From NCBI GenBank assembly GCA_030536295.1, contig JAUNQH010000005.1, positions 898 to 64,897 on the forward strand: a stretch of DNA of 64,000 nucleotides, given 5' to 3'. Below the pieces are notes generated by a model. It was not told the DNA's origin and searched no databases. It worked only from the letters and a program-made list of their open reading frames with translations. Position 1 is the first letter of the stretch, and each line of letters begins with the position of its first letter. The position numbers were made by a program, and so were the translations under genes. Shown piece by piece: positions 37,442-46,691 of the stretch. This stretch comes from Clostridia bacterium. GTDB taxonomy: Bacteria; Bacillota; Clostridia; Christensenellales; Aristaeellaceae.

Positions 37442-39166
37442 ATGAGCAGGTATTACGCATATACGGATGCTGGGAAACGTCTGGCATTTGAAACCAGAAA
37501 AGAAGGGAAACATGTTTTCCTGACCCTGAAGAAGGAACTTTTTGCCGATGCGGATAAGATATCCCTGCTGCCGGAACTGTCTCAGGCGAAAGCCGGAGAT
37601 GAGGGCTACTATATCATGCCCAGAAACATCGAAATGCGGGGGGATTTTCAGGTTTTCTTTACGCGGCGCGATGACGGCGAAACAGAATACAGCCATCCTG
37701 TCTTGAGCCTTTACGGGGTCAAAAAGCCCGGCTTTTGCTGCCTGATACGTGTTGAGAGAAACTATAAGTTCAGTTACCGGATCGCGGTAAAGGATAACAT
37801 TTATACGATTACACCTGTTGTTGATTTTACAAAACCCGATACCGATCCGCCTTATGATGATATCCGCCTGGAAGTGATCGAATTGCCGCAGGGTGCCGGG
37901 TATGCCGAAATGGCACGGACAGAACGGGAAATCCGGCTTGAACGCGGAGAGATCACTCCTTTACGCAAAAAAATGGAACGGCCTGTTGTGGCGGACGCGG
38001 TAAGGGGACCGCTGATCCGCATCCGCATGGGTTGGAAACAGAGCCCTTCGCCTGTTTTCCATCAGACCCCGGAAAACGAGCCGCCCATGAGGGTGGCCTG
38101 TACCTTTGCCCGTGTGCGGGATATTGCCGATGAATTAAAAAAACAAGGCATTGAACACGCGGACCTCCAGCTTGTCGGATGGAACAAGAGCGGTCATGAC
38201 GGACGTTTCCCTCAATTATTCCCTGTGGATGAACGTCTCGGCGGCGAGGAAGAACTGAAAAAGACTATTCAGTATGTACAGCAGCTGGGATACCGTATAT
38301 CCACTCATACAAACTGGATCGATTGTGTCGAGGTCGCCGATACCTTTACCTGGGATGATGTGGCGCAGGACAAAAACGGGCAGTATCTTCAGATCGGACA
38401 TTATTCCGGCGGCTACGCGTATCATGTGTGTCTGGAAAAGCAGTGGAAGAATGCCCTGCGGGAAGAACCGAAAGTGGCCGCGCTGGGTGAAAACGGCATT
38501 CATTTTACGGATGTGATCTCTATTGTGGAACCGGATACATGCAACGCGCCGGCTCATCCCTGCTATACGAAGGACGCGATCAAAACCGCGCAGCGCATCA
38601 TGCATCTGAACAGTGTCATCTATAACAGCTTCTCTTCCGAGGGAGCTATGGATTTCGCTGTTCCGTATCTGGATTACGCGCTGTATGTCACTTTCGGAGA
38701 CGGGTTCGGTCACAGGGAGTATCCGTTCCATGATCGCTATCTGCCGTTCTGGGAAATGATCTATCACGGCATTCTCCTGTATAATCCCACCAGTCCGACC
38801 GTCAATTTCACTATCAAGGAACCGGAAGCAAGGCTGACATTCATCATGCGCGGCGGACGTCCGTCCTTCTATGTTTTCTCCAAATTCCGCGAGGGCGCGG
38901 CCAACTGGATGGGTACTGTGGATCTTACATCGGACACTGATGAGCATCTGACAGAAAGCGTGAAGGCGATCAGAAAAGGCATGGATCTGTATCAGCCCAT
39001 TGCCGATAAGCAGTTGTGTTATATGATGGACTATACCTTCGAGAAAGACGGCATTCAAGTAGCGCACTACAGTGACGGTTCCCGCATCGCCGGTAATTTC
39101 TCAGACAGCAGGCAGCAGTATGAGGGAAATGAGCTGGAACCGTACGGATATGTTGTTTTGCAGTAA
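37442..39166 (+). CDS. putative glycoside hydrolase (DUF5696 / GH129-GH101-like TIM barrel)
   Basis: GWNKSGHDGRFPQLFP...LGGEEELK...LGYRISTHTN, GIHFTDV, SSEG, PFWEMIYHG. Confidence 0.65.
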   Translation: MSRYYAYTDAGKRLAFETRKEGKHVFLTLKKELFADADKISLLPELSQAKAGDEGYYIMPRNIEMRGDFQVFFTRRDDGETEYSHPVLSLYGVKKPGFCCLIRVERNYKFSYRIAVKDNIYTITPVVDFTKPDTDPPYDDIRLEVIELPQGAGYAEMARTEREIRLERGEITPLRKKMERPVVADAVRGPLIRIRMGWKQSPSPVFHQTPENEPPMRVACTFARVRDIADELKKQGIEHADLQLVGWNKSGHDGRFPQLFPVDERLGGEEELKKTIQYVQQLGYRISTHTNWIDCVEVADTFTWDDVAQDKNGQYLQIGHYSGGYAYHVCLEKQWKNALREEPKVAALGENGIHFTDVISIVEPDTCNAPAHPCYTKDAIKTAQRIMHLNSVIYNSFSSEGAMDFAVPYLDYALYVTFGDGFGHREYPFHDRYLPFWEMIYHGILLYNPTSPTVNFTIKEPEARLTFIMRGGRPSFYVFSKFREGAANWMGTVDLTSDTDEHLTESVKAIRKGMDLYQPIADKQLCYMMDYTFEKDGIQVAHYSDGSRIAGNFSDSRQQYEGNELEPYGYVVLQ

Positions 39167-39211
39167 ATTTCCAACGGGATATGCTGAATTCAATAAAGGA
39201 GGAATAATCAA

Positions 39212-41167
39212 ATGTCAGGGTGTGATAAAGACCGTATCCCGGCATTTCCCCTCATTGTGAATGATCCGTACTTTTCGATCTGGATGCCGGGGGATACTCT
39301 GACTTCGGGAGATACCGTCCACTGGACAGGTCAACGGAAACCGCTGAAGGGCCATCTTGTGATCGACGGAAAGACCTGGCGTTTTCTCGGCCGTTCCGGC
39401 AAGCCTGCCATGGAGACGGTTGAGGTCAAGGTTACTCCGACGGCCACTGTTTTCGTGATGGAAGCGGACGGCGTCAGACTCCGCGTCCGATTCCGTACTC
39501 CGGCTCTGCCTTCCGATCCCGATATTCTCTCTGCTCCTGTCACATTTACGGGTGTTGAACTGCAGAGTATGGACGGGAAAGAACATCAGGCGACTCTGAA
39601 CTATTCGATTTCCACAGCCATCTGTTATGACGGTTCCGTGCAGCCTCCCATGGTCTGCGACAGTTATATCAGGGACGGTCTGGACTTCGCATGGGTCGGA
39701 CAATCCCGACAGAAGGTGCTTTGTCATTCCGGTGATAACATTACGATCGACTGGGGTTATCTGTACGCGGCTGCCCCCGCGGGTATGTGGAAGTTTGATG
39801 TATCGGATGCCGTTATCGCGCTGTCAGGGGAATTCAATGTTTCTTCCCGGCCTGTTCGCAGTTGGTGGATGCAGGGATATGATGATATTTCCTCAGTCGA
39901 TTATTTCGGTACTTTCTGCCGTGCATGGTATATGAGAAACGGACAGACTCTGCCGGGAATGATGGTCCGGCTTGCGGCAAACTACGGGGAACTGAACCGG
40001 GAATGCGACGAACTGGACCGTGACGTGATCGCCGAGGCGCAGAAGATCGGTGGCGATGATTACGCGCTGATCGCATCAACCGCATGGCGTCACACTTTCG
40101 CGGCGCATAAGCTGATCGCCACGCCATCCGGGGAAATGGCAATGCTGTCCAAGGAAAATGATTCCAACGGATGTATCGGTACCGTGGATGTGAGCTATCC
40201 GTCCATTCCGCTGTTCCTGCGCTTCTGCCCGGAATTGGTAAACGCGCTGTGCAGGCCCGTTCTGGAGTTCGCGAGTATGCCGGTATGGGAATTCGATTTC
40301 GCGCCGCATGATGTGGGACGTTATCCCCACGCCACGGGTCAGGTGTACGCGTGCAAACGGTATGCTGCCGGGAACGGAGAAGTATATCCGCCGTATTATT
40401 TATATCCCGCGGGCTGCGATATCTATGAAGATCGTAACCAGATGCCGGTGGAAGAATGCGGAAATATGCTTATCATGATGGAGACCGCGGTTTCCTACGG
40501 TGCGGGGGATGAACTGATCCGGCAGTATATGCCCCTGATCGGGAAATGGGTGGGCTATCTGGACCGGTATGGCGATGATCCGGGCGAACAACTGTGTACG
40601 GATGATTTTGCCGGACACCTGTCGAGGAACATCAATCTGTCCGCAAAAGCAATCGTCGGTATTGCCTGCGTTGGCCGTATCATGAGGCGCGTCGGACGTG
40701 AAGAAGAAGCGGCCAGGTGGGCAGACCGGGCACATGAAATGGCGGAAGGCTGGCTGAAACGGGCAGCCGGAGAAAACGGTACCGCACTGACCTTCGACGG
40801 CAAAGGCTGGAGCATGAAGTATAACCTGATATGGGATCGTGTACTTGATCTGGACCTTCTTCCGGAAGATTTCTACAGGAACGAAGCCACGTCCTATCTC
40901 GAAAAGATGAACGGTTACGGATTGCCTCTGGATAGCCGGGCGGATTACACAAAATCCGACTGGCTGGTGTGGTCCGCGTCCCTGTCACCCGATCGGGACA
41001 CTTTCTGCCGCCTGATCGCGCCTTTGGCGAAATATTTGCGGGAAACAGAAACCAGAGTTCCTTTTTCCGACTGGTATGATACGAAGACCGGACGCTATGT
41101 GGAGTTTATTGCCAGAAGCGTACAGGGCGGCGTATACATGCCTATGTTGACCGGCAACCGGAAATGA
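39212..41167 (+). CDS. DUF5127/DUF4965 'glutaminase A'-like protein (possible six-hairpin glycosidase)
   Basis: PAFPLIVNDPYFSIW, SKENDSNGCIGTVDVSYP, APHDVGRYP, MPVEECGN, QLCTDDFAG, YTKSDW, FSDWY. Confidence 0.85.
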   Translation: MSGCDKDRIPAFPLIVNDPYFSIWMPGDTLTSGDTVHWTGQRKPLKGHLVIDGKTWRFLGRSGKPAMETVEVKVTPTATVFVMEADGVRLRVRFRTPALPSDPDILSAPVTFTGVELQSMDGKEHQATLNYSISTAICYDGSVQPPMVCDSYIRDGLDFAWVGQSRQKVLCHSGDNITIDWGYLYAAAPAGMWKFDVSDAVIALSGEFNVSSRPVRSWWMQGYDDISSVDYFGTFCRAWYMRNGQTLPGMMVRLAANYGELNRECDELDRDVIAEAQKIGGDDYALIASTAWRHTFAAHKLIATPSGEMAMLSKENDSNGCIGTVDVSYPSIPLFLRFCPELVNALCRPVLEFASMPVWEFDFAPHDVGRYPHATGQVYACKRYAAGNGEVYPPYYLYPAGCDIYEDRNQMPVEECGNMLIMMETAVSYGAGDELIRQYMPLIGKWVGYLDRYGDDPGEQLCTDDFAGHLSRNINLSAKAIVGIACVGRIMRRVGREEEAARWADRAHEMAEGWLKRAAGENGTALTFDGKGWSMKYNLIWDRVLDLDLLPEDFYRNEATSYLEKMNGYGLPLDSRADYTKSDWLVWSASLSPDRDTFCRLIAPLAKYLRETETRVPFSDWYDTKTGRYVEFIARSVQGGVYMPMLTGNRK

Positions 41168-41239
41168 CCGGATGAATGCCGGTCACAGTATCTGAATCAA
41201 TATGTTTTTATAAACAAGAATTGAAAGGAGAGGTTTTCA

Positions 41240-42274
41240 ATGTTGCAGCAGGTTATGACAGCCCCCGGTCAGATCACATTTCGTGAGGTGGAGACTCCCG
41301 CTATCGGAGATAACGAAGTTCTGGTCAGGATCAGAAAGATCGGTGTTTGCGGAAGCGATATCCATGTTTATCACGGAAAACATCCTTTCACCAAATATCC
41401 CGTCACTCAGGGGCATGAAGTTTCCGGTTCCGTGGTGGAATTCGGAAAGAATGTGACCGGACTGAAAGCCGGCCAGAAAGTGACCATCGAGCCGCAGGTG
41501 TTCTGCGGAAAATGCTATCCCTGTACCCACGGAAAGTACAATCTGTGCGAAGAACTGAAAGTGATGGGTTTCCAGACCACAGGTACCGCCAGCGAGTATT
41601 TTGCCGTTGACGCGTCTAAAGTGACCGCTCTGCCGGATAATATGACCTACAATGAAGGGGCTATGATTGAACCGCTGGCTGTAACGGTCCACGCGGTCAA
41701 GAGAGCCGGAGATGTTACCGGACAGAAGATCGCCGTGCTGGGAGCCGGTCCCATCGGTATCCTGCTGGCGCAGAGCGCAAAAGCCATGGGCGCTGCTCAG
41801 GTGCTGGTCACGGATGTCAGCGATTATCGTTTGGAACTGGCGAAGAAGTGCGGAGCGGATTTTGCCGTCAATACCCGCAACGAGGACTTCGGTGAGGCCC
41901 TGACAGCTGCTTTCGGACCCGATAAGGCAGACGTGATCTATGATTGCGCCGGCAACGATATCACCATGAATCAGGCTATCCGCTGCGCGCGCAAAGGAAG
42001 CACGATCATTCTGGTCGCTGTATTCGCGGATATGGCGAAGGTCGATCTCGCGGTGTTGAATGACCATGAACTGGATCTTAATACGACCATGATGTATCGT
42101 CATGAGGACTATCTTGATGCCATCCGCATGGTCGGTGAAGGCAAGATCGCCCTGAAGCCGCTCATGAGCAAGCATTTCGCGTTCAAGGACTACAATGACG
42201 CTTATCAGTATATCGATGCCAACCGTGAAACCACGATGAAAGTGCTGATCGACGTGGATGATTCCGAAGAATAA
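41240..42274 (+). CDS. Zn-dependent sugar/polyol dehydrogenase
   Basis: GVCGSD, GHE, CGKCYPC..G.YNLC, GAGPIG. Confidence 0.92.
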   Translation: MLQQVMTAPGQITFREVETPAIGDNEVLVRIRKIGVCGSDIHVYHGKHPFTKYPVTQGHEVSGSVVEFGKNVTGLKAGQKVTIEPQVFCGKCYPCTHGKYNLCEELKVMGFQTTGTASEYFAVDASKVTALPDNMTYNEGAMIEPLAVTVHAVKRAGDVTGQKIAVLGAGPIGILLAQSAKAMGAAQVLVTDVSDYRLELAKKCGADFAVNTRNEDFGEALTAAFGPDKADVIYDCAGNDITMNQAIRCARKGSTIILVAVFADMAKVDLAVLNDHELDLNTTMMYRHEDYLDAIRMVGEGKIALKPLMSKHFAFKDYNDAYQYIDANRETTMKVLIDVDDSEE

Positions 42275-42289
42275 GGGGAGAGGACCGTT

Positions 42290-43198
42290 ATGAAACTGTC
42301 CATGCAGAGCGGAGATCTGCCACTGCAGTTTGGTGTCCAACGGGGTTATGCCCTGATCCGCGAAGCGGGATTTGAAGGGATCGACTGGAGTCTTGATCAC
42401 GCGATCCATCCGTCGAAGATCAGAAATCTGGAATATAAGGGAAGCTGTCTGTTTGAAAGATCTCTGGATGAACTGCTTGAGTATTATGAGCCGTCCCTGA
42501 AGGCAATCAGGGAAAATGAACTCTCGATCTGTCTGGCCCATTCGTTTTTCCCGTCTTATACGGACGGGCATGAAGAATTGATCGACTGGTCAGTGCAGAT
42601 GCATATGAGAGGGATCGAGTTCTGCGAGGTGACAGGTGTCCCTTATTTCGTGATCCACGGAATCGCTGCGGACAGTAAATCCGGAGAACGGCTGAATACA
42701 CGTCTGTACGGACCGCTGGCGGAATTCCTCAGAGATAGGAAGACTGTTGTCTGCCTGGAAAATCTGTTCGTCAATGTTGACGGTCATATGCGTGAAGGTC
42801 ATTGCGGTGATCCGTCGGAAGCCGTCCAAACGATTGACAGGCTGAATGCCATTGCGGGCCGGAAAGCATTCGCGTTATGCCTGGACACCGGTCACCTCAA
42901 TCTGTACGGTAAAGATGCCGTTCGGTATGTTGAAACAGTCGGGAGCCGCATCGCGGCGCTTCATATCCATGACAATCCCGGCTTTGCCGACTGGCACATG
43001 GCTCCTTTGACCGGTTCCTTCCACTGGAAGGAGTGGACGGATGCCATGCGGGCTATTGGTTATAACGGTGACCTCAGCTTTGAAACATTTGCCCAGACGA
43101 ACCGGGTGTATGATCTTGATCCGGATCTTGTTCTGCCTTGGCTGACCATGATCCGGAAGACCGGTGAAAGTATCCGAAAACTGATTGCCGGAGAGTGA
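42290..43198 (+). CDS. sugar phosphate isomerase/epimerase (xylose-isomerase-like TIM barrel)
   Basis: CLEN, LDTGH, LHIHDN, HMAP, SFE. Confidence 0.88.
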   Translation: MKLSMQSGDLPLQFGVQRGYALIREAGFEGIDWSLDHAIHPSKIRNLEYKGSCLFERSLDELLEYYEPSLKAIRENELSICLAHSFFPSYTDGHEELIDWSVQMHMRGIEFCEVTGVPYFVIHGIAADSKSGERLNTRLYGPLAEFLRDRKTVVCLENLFVNVDGHMREGHCGDPSEAVQTIDRLNAIAGRKAFALCLDTGHLNLYGKDAVRYVETVGSRIAALHIHDNPGFADWHMAPLTGSFHWKEWTDAMRAIGYNGDLSFETFAQTNRVYDLDPDLVLPWLTMIRKTGESIRKLIAGE

Positions 43199-43229
43199 AC
43201 CCCGGCAGGAATGATAACGGGGTAAACGT

Positions 43230-44564
43230 ATGTCTGAAGTCCTTGAACTTTATAACAGGATCAACGGTCAGCCTTGTTCCTGCGGAAATACACATAAAAC
43301 ATCCCTCCGCAAATTAGTCGTCGGTTCCGGCGTGATCGGGAATCTGCCGGAGATCGTCCGGGAACTCGGGGCGGAACATCCTTTCCTCCTGGCGGATCCC
43401 AATACCTGGAAAGCGGCCGGACAGAAGGTCAACGATGTACTTGCCGGCAACGGAATGAACGTTTCCCGCTATGTCTTTTCCAAAAGCAGACCCGAACCGG
43501 ATGAAAGCAGCGTGGGAAGCGCGATCATGCATTTCGATCACAGCTGCGATATCGTGATCGGTATCGGGTCCGGCGTGATCAATGATATCGGAAAGATCCT
43601 GAGCAAAACCGCGGGCCGGCCATATATCATTGCAGGAACAGCTCCTTCCATGGACGGATATAATTCCGCCACATCCTCTATGGCAATGGACGGACTGAAA
43701 GTATCAATTCCTTCCGGATGCCCTGATGTGATCATCGGCGATATCGATGTGCTGAAGCTGGCACCCCGGGAGATGCTGATTTCGGGTCTCGGTGATATGC
43801 TGGCCAAATATGTCAGTATTTGTGAATGGCGTATCGCGAATCTGCTGGTTGGAGATGCTTATTGTGAAAACATCGCGTCTCTGGTTCGAATGTCTCTTGC
43901 CGAGTGTGTTAATAACGCGGAAGGTCTGATGGAACGGGAGCCGGATGCCGTAAGGGCGGTGTTTGAAGGTCTGGTCGTATGCGGCGCCGCAATGGAGTTT
44001 GCCGGTCTGTCACGACCTGCATCCGGAGTGGAGCATTATATCAGCCATCTTTGGGATATGCGGGGATTGGCACTGGGTACACCGGTATCCACTCACGGGA
44101 TACAATGCGCGATTGGAACACTGACCGCGCTGCGAGCGTATGAATCTCTCCGGAATGTTGTTCCGGACAGAAAAAGAGCACTTGCTTATGTAAAAGCATT
44201 CGATTTTGAACGCTGGAGTGAAGAATTGCGCGCTTTCCTGGGATCGGGCGCGGAAACCATGATCACCGCGGAAACCCGTGAGCAGAAGTACAGCGTAGAG
44301 AAGCACGCCGCACGGCTTGAACGGATCATCGGGCATTGGGGACAACTGCTTGATATCATGCGAGAAGAATTGCCTGCGGCCGGTGACATCGAAAAGCTGC
44401 TGAAAAAGATCGGCTGCCCGTCCGCACCGGCGGAGATCGGTATTGGAAATGAGCTCCTTCCTATGACCTTCAGAGCGAGCAAAGATATCCGTGATAAGTA
44501 TGTTCTTTCACGGCTTTTATGGGATCTGGGGATCCTGGATGAGGTCGCGGACAAGCTTATATAA
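43230..44564 (+). CDS. araM: sn-glycerol-1-phosphate dehydrogenase (AraM/EgsA family)
   Basis: N-terminal CSCGNTH, GSGVINDIGK, TAPSMDG, GLGDMLAKY, SRPASGVEHYISH, HGIQ. Confidence 0.85.
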   Translation: MSEVLELYNRINGQPCSCGNTHKTSLRKLVVGSGVIGNLPEIVRELGAEHPFLLADPNTWKAAGQKVNDVLAGNGMNVSRYVFSKSRPEPDESSVGSAIMHFDHSCDIVIGIGSGVINDIGKILSKTAGRPYIIAGTAPSMDGYNSATSSMAMDGLKVSIPSGCPDVIIGDIDVLKLAPREMLISGLGDMLAKYVSICEWRIANLLVGDAYCENIASLVRMSLAECVNNAEGLMEREPDAVRAVFEGLVVCGAAMEFAGLSRPASGVEHYISHLWDMRGLALGTPVSTHGIQCAIGTLTALRAYESLRNVVPDRKRALAYVKAFDFERWSEELRAFLGSGAETMITAETREQKYSVEKHAARLERIIGHWGQLLDIMREELPAAGDIEKLLKKIGCPSAPAEIGIGNELLPMTFRASKDIRDKYVLSRLLWDLGILDEVADKLI

Positions 44565-44631
44565 ACAGGCGAAGTATTTGGAAACTGAACAATGAACGCC
44601 GCACATGGCTTATTAGCGGAGGTAAACGGAC

Positions 44632-45510
44632 ATGATCTATGGAGCACTTGAAGCCGGCGGAACGAAAATGGTACTGTCGATCGGCAATGAGGATCACGAA
44701 CTGCTTGAACGGGTGTCCATCCCCACTGAAAATCCTGATATTGTGATCCCTCAGATGACAGAGTGGTTTGCCTCGCGCAAGATCGCCTCCCTGGGAATCG
44801 GGACTTTCGGACCTGTTGATCTGAATCCCGCGTCCGAAACCTACGGGTGGATCACCTCCACGCCCAAGCTGGCGTGGCAGAACTGCGCTCTGATGCCGCT
44901 TATGCGGGATAAACTGGGTGTTCCGGTCAGTATCGATACGGATGTCAATGCCGCGGCACTGGCGGAGTATCGGCTTGGCGCGGCCAAAGGCCTGCACAGC
45001 TGCCTGTATGTGACCGTGGGGACCGGGATCGGCGGCGGACTGATCGTTGAGGACCGACTGGTCCATGGAATGATGCATCCCGAGATCGGTCATATCCTGC
45101 TGCGGTCCTCGGCCGATGATCCTTCTCCGGCCGGATTTTGCCCTTATCACAAAGGCTGCGCCGAAGGTCTGGCCTCCGGTCCGGCTATTGAAAAGCGTTG
45201 GGGCATGAAAGCGAATGAACTTCCGGAAGATCATATCGCCTGGGACATCGAAGCTGACTATCTGGCCCAGGTCTGCATGAATGCCGTTTGCGCGTTCTCG
45301 CCGGAGATCATCATACTGGGCGGGGGAGTTATGCACCGGAAGCATCTGTTCCTGCTGATCCGATCCAGGGTAAAGGAATTGCTGAACAACTATATCCGCG
45401 TGCCGCAGATCATGGAAAAGATCGATGAATATATCGTATCCCCGGGTCTCGGAGATAACAGCGGCGCTCTCGGTGCGCTCCTGCTGGCTATCGACGCGGC
45501 ACAGAACTGA
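44632..45510 (+). CDS. ROK family sugar kinase (fructokinase-like)
   Basis: EAGGTK, FGPVD, TDVNAAA, TVGTGIGGG, HPEIGH, CPYHKGCAEGLASG. Confidence 0.9.
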   Translation: MIYGALEAGGTKMVLSIGNEDHELLERVSIPTENPDIVIPQMTEWFASRKIASLGIGTFGPVDLNPASETYGWITSTPKLAWQNCALMPLMRDKLGVPVSIDTDVNAAALAEYRLGAAKGLHSCLYVTVGTGIGGGLIVEDRLVHGMMHPEIGHILLRSSADDPSPAGFCPYHKGCAEGLASGPAIEKRWGMKANELPEDHIAWDIEADYLAQVCMNAVCAFSPEIIILGGGVMHRKHLFLLIRSRVKELLNNYIRVPQIMEKIDEYIVSPGLGDNSGALGALLLAIDAAQN

Positions 45511-45682
45511 ATTTGCAAACAGAAAGTAAAACGAAACAGGATCCCGAAAATACGCGATAACTTTTTTTGATGTGCAACGTTTCTGCAACGGGTCGTGTTG
45601 TATATTGTTCCTGCAAACGGGGGAACACCCCGGGATGCAAAACAAAAAGAAACGAAACGACAGTCAAAAGGAGTGACGCGAA

Positions 45683-46354
45683 ATGAAGAAGATACTGACA
45701 GCAATTCTGGCTCTGGCACTGATCCTGACCCTGACGACCGTCTCTCTGGCTGACGGTCTCGGCTTCGCGGCCTATCAGGATAAATTCGGTGAGGATGAAG
45801 AAGACTACGAGTACACCGCGAAGGTCGCGGTAGGCAGGGGCGATGTTGACGGACACGTTGGCGCGGGTGAGACGCTCTACATCAGGGATGACGGATCAAC
45901 GGGCACCGTGAACGGCGTGAGCGCCACCACGGCGGCGGAGATCGAAGCGGTGAAAGTGGACGGAAAGCTCCGTGTCGGCAACAAGGAATACAACACCCAG
46001 GTGGGCGGCGGCGTTACGGTGGCCAAGGCCGGCGCGAACGCCGGGGCGACCGTGGGTATGGACAAAGGCAAGGTGGTCGTGAGCGCGACAGCCGGCGCCG
46101 AGGCAAACATCGTTGAAGCCAGCGCTCAGGCCAGCAGCACGATCGGCGGAGTGGAGTTCGGAGTGAAAGGCAGCGTGAAGGTGGGTGTCGGCGTCAAGGC
46201 GAAGGTCGGCTACAGCAACGGCAAGCTCAAGTGTGAGCTCGGCGCGGCGCTGGGCATCGGCGGATCGGTCGGCTTCGAGGTGGACGTGGGTGCCATCGCG
46301 GACAAGGCGGCTACTCTGGGCAAGAAGGTCTGGAACGCCCTTAAGTTCTGGTAA
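45683..46354 (+). CDS. secreted Gly/Val/Ala-rich beta-strand protein
   Basis: Signal peptide MKKILTAILALAL; RBS aaggag; alternating amphipathic strands GVEFGVKGSVKVGVGVKAKVG. Confidence 0.8.
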   Translation: MKKILTAILALALILTLTTVSLADGLGFAAYQDKFGEDEEDYEYTAKVAVGRGDVDGHVGAGETLYIRDDGSTGTVNGVSATTAAEIEAVKVDGKLRVGNKEYNTQVGGGVTVAKAGANAGATVGMDKGKVVVSATAGAEANIVEASAQASSTIGGVEFGVKGSVKVGVGVKAKVGYSNGKLKCELGAALGIGGSVGFEVDVGAIADKAATLGKKVWNALKFW

Positions 46355-46523
46355 CAGGCGGCGAACGTTCAGAGAAAGACAAACAGTATAAAGACGGATC
46401 CGGAACGGGAAACCGAAAGGAAACAATAACGCGGCAGGGGGAAAGAAGCCGTTGACGGAAATGAAGCGGTCATGCCCCTTTGCTCCCTGAGCACAGAAGA
46501 GTGAGCTTTCAGCCATACAAAAC

Positions 46524-46554
46524 GAGGCTGCCGGACCGGCAGCCCCGTCTTTCT
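46524..46554 (+). terminator. terminator-like hairpin
   Basis: acgaggctgccgg-a-ccggcagccccgt-ctttc. Confidence 0.55.
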
Positions 46555-46691
46555 GTTCCGCGGCGATCGCATATCCGGCATGCGCCGGTTCCCAAAGGCA
46601 TCCCTGTCAGCGTGGCGAGTGAAATGCCGGGCGCATTTCCATGAAACCGGACAGGTCTGAAAATCCGCAATGATCCTTCCCGGAAACAGGT

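Noticed and set aside
45612-45645. GCAAAC-stem-GGGATGCAAA resembles the first stem of a c-di-GMP-I riboswitch
   Set aside because: The second stem and tetraloop receptor are absent; the downstream sequence is unstructured and A-rich. An Rfam scan would settle it
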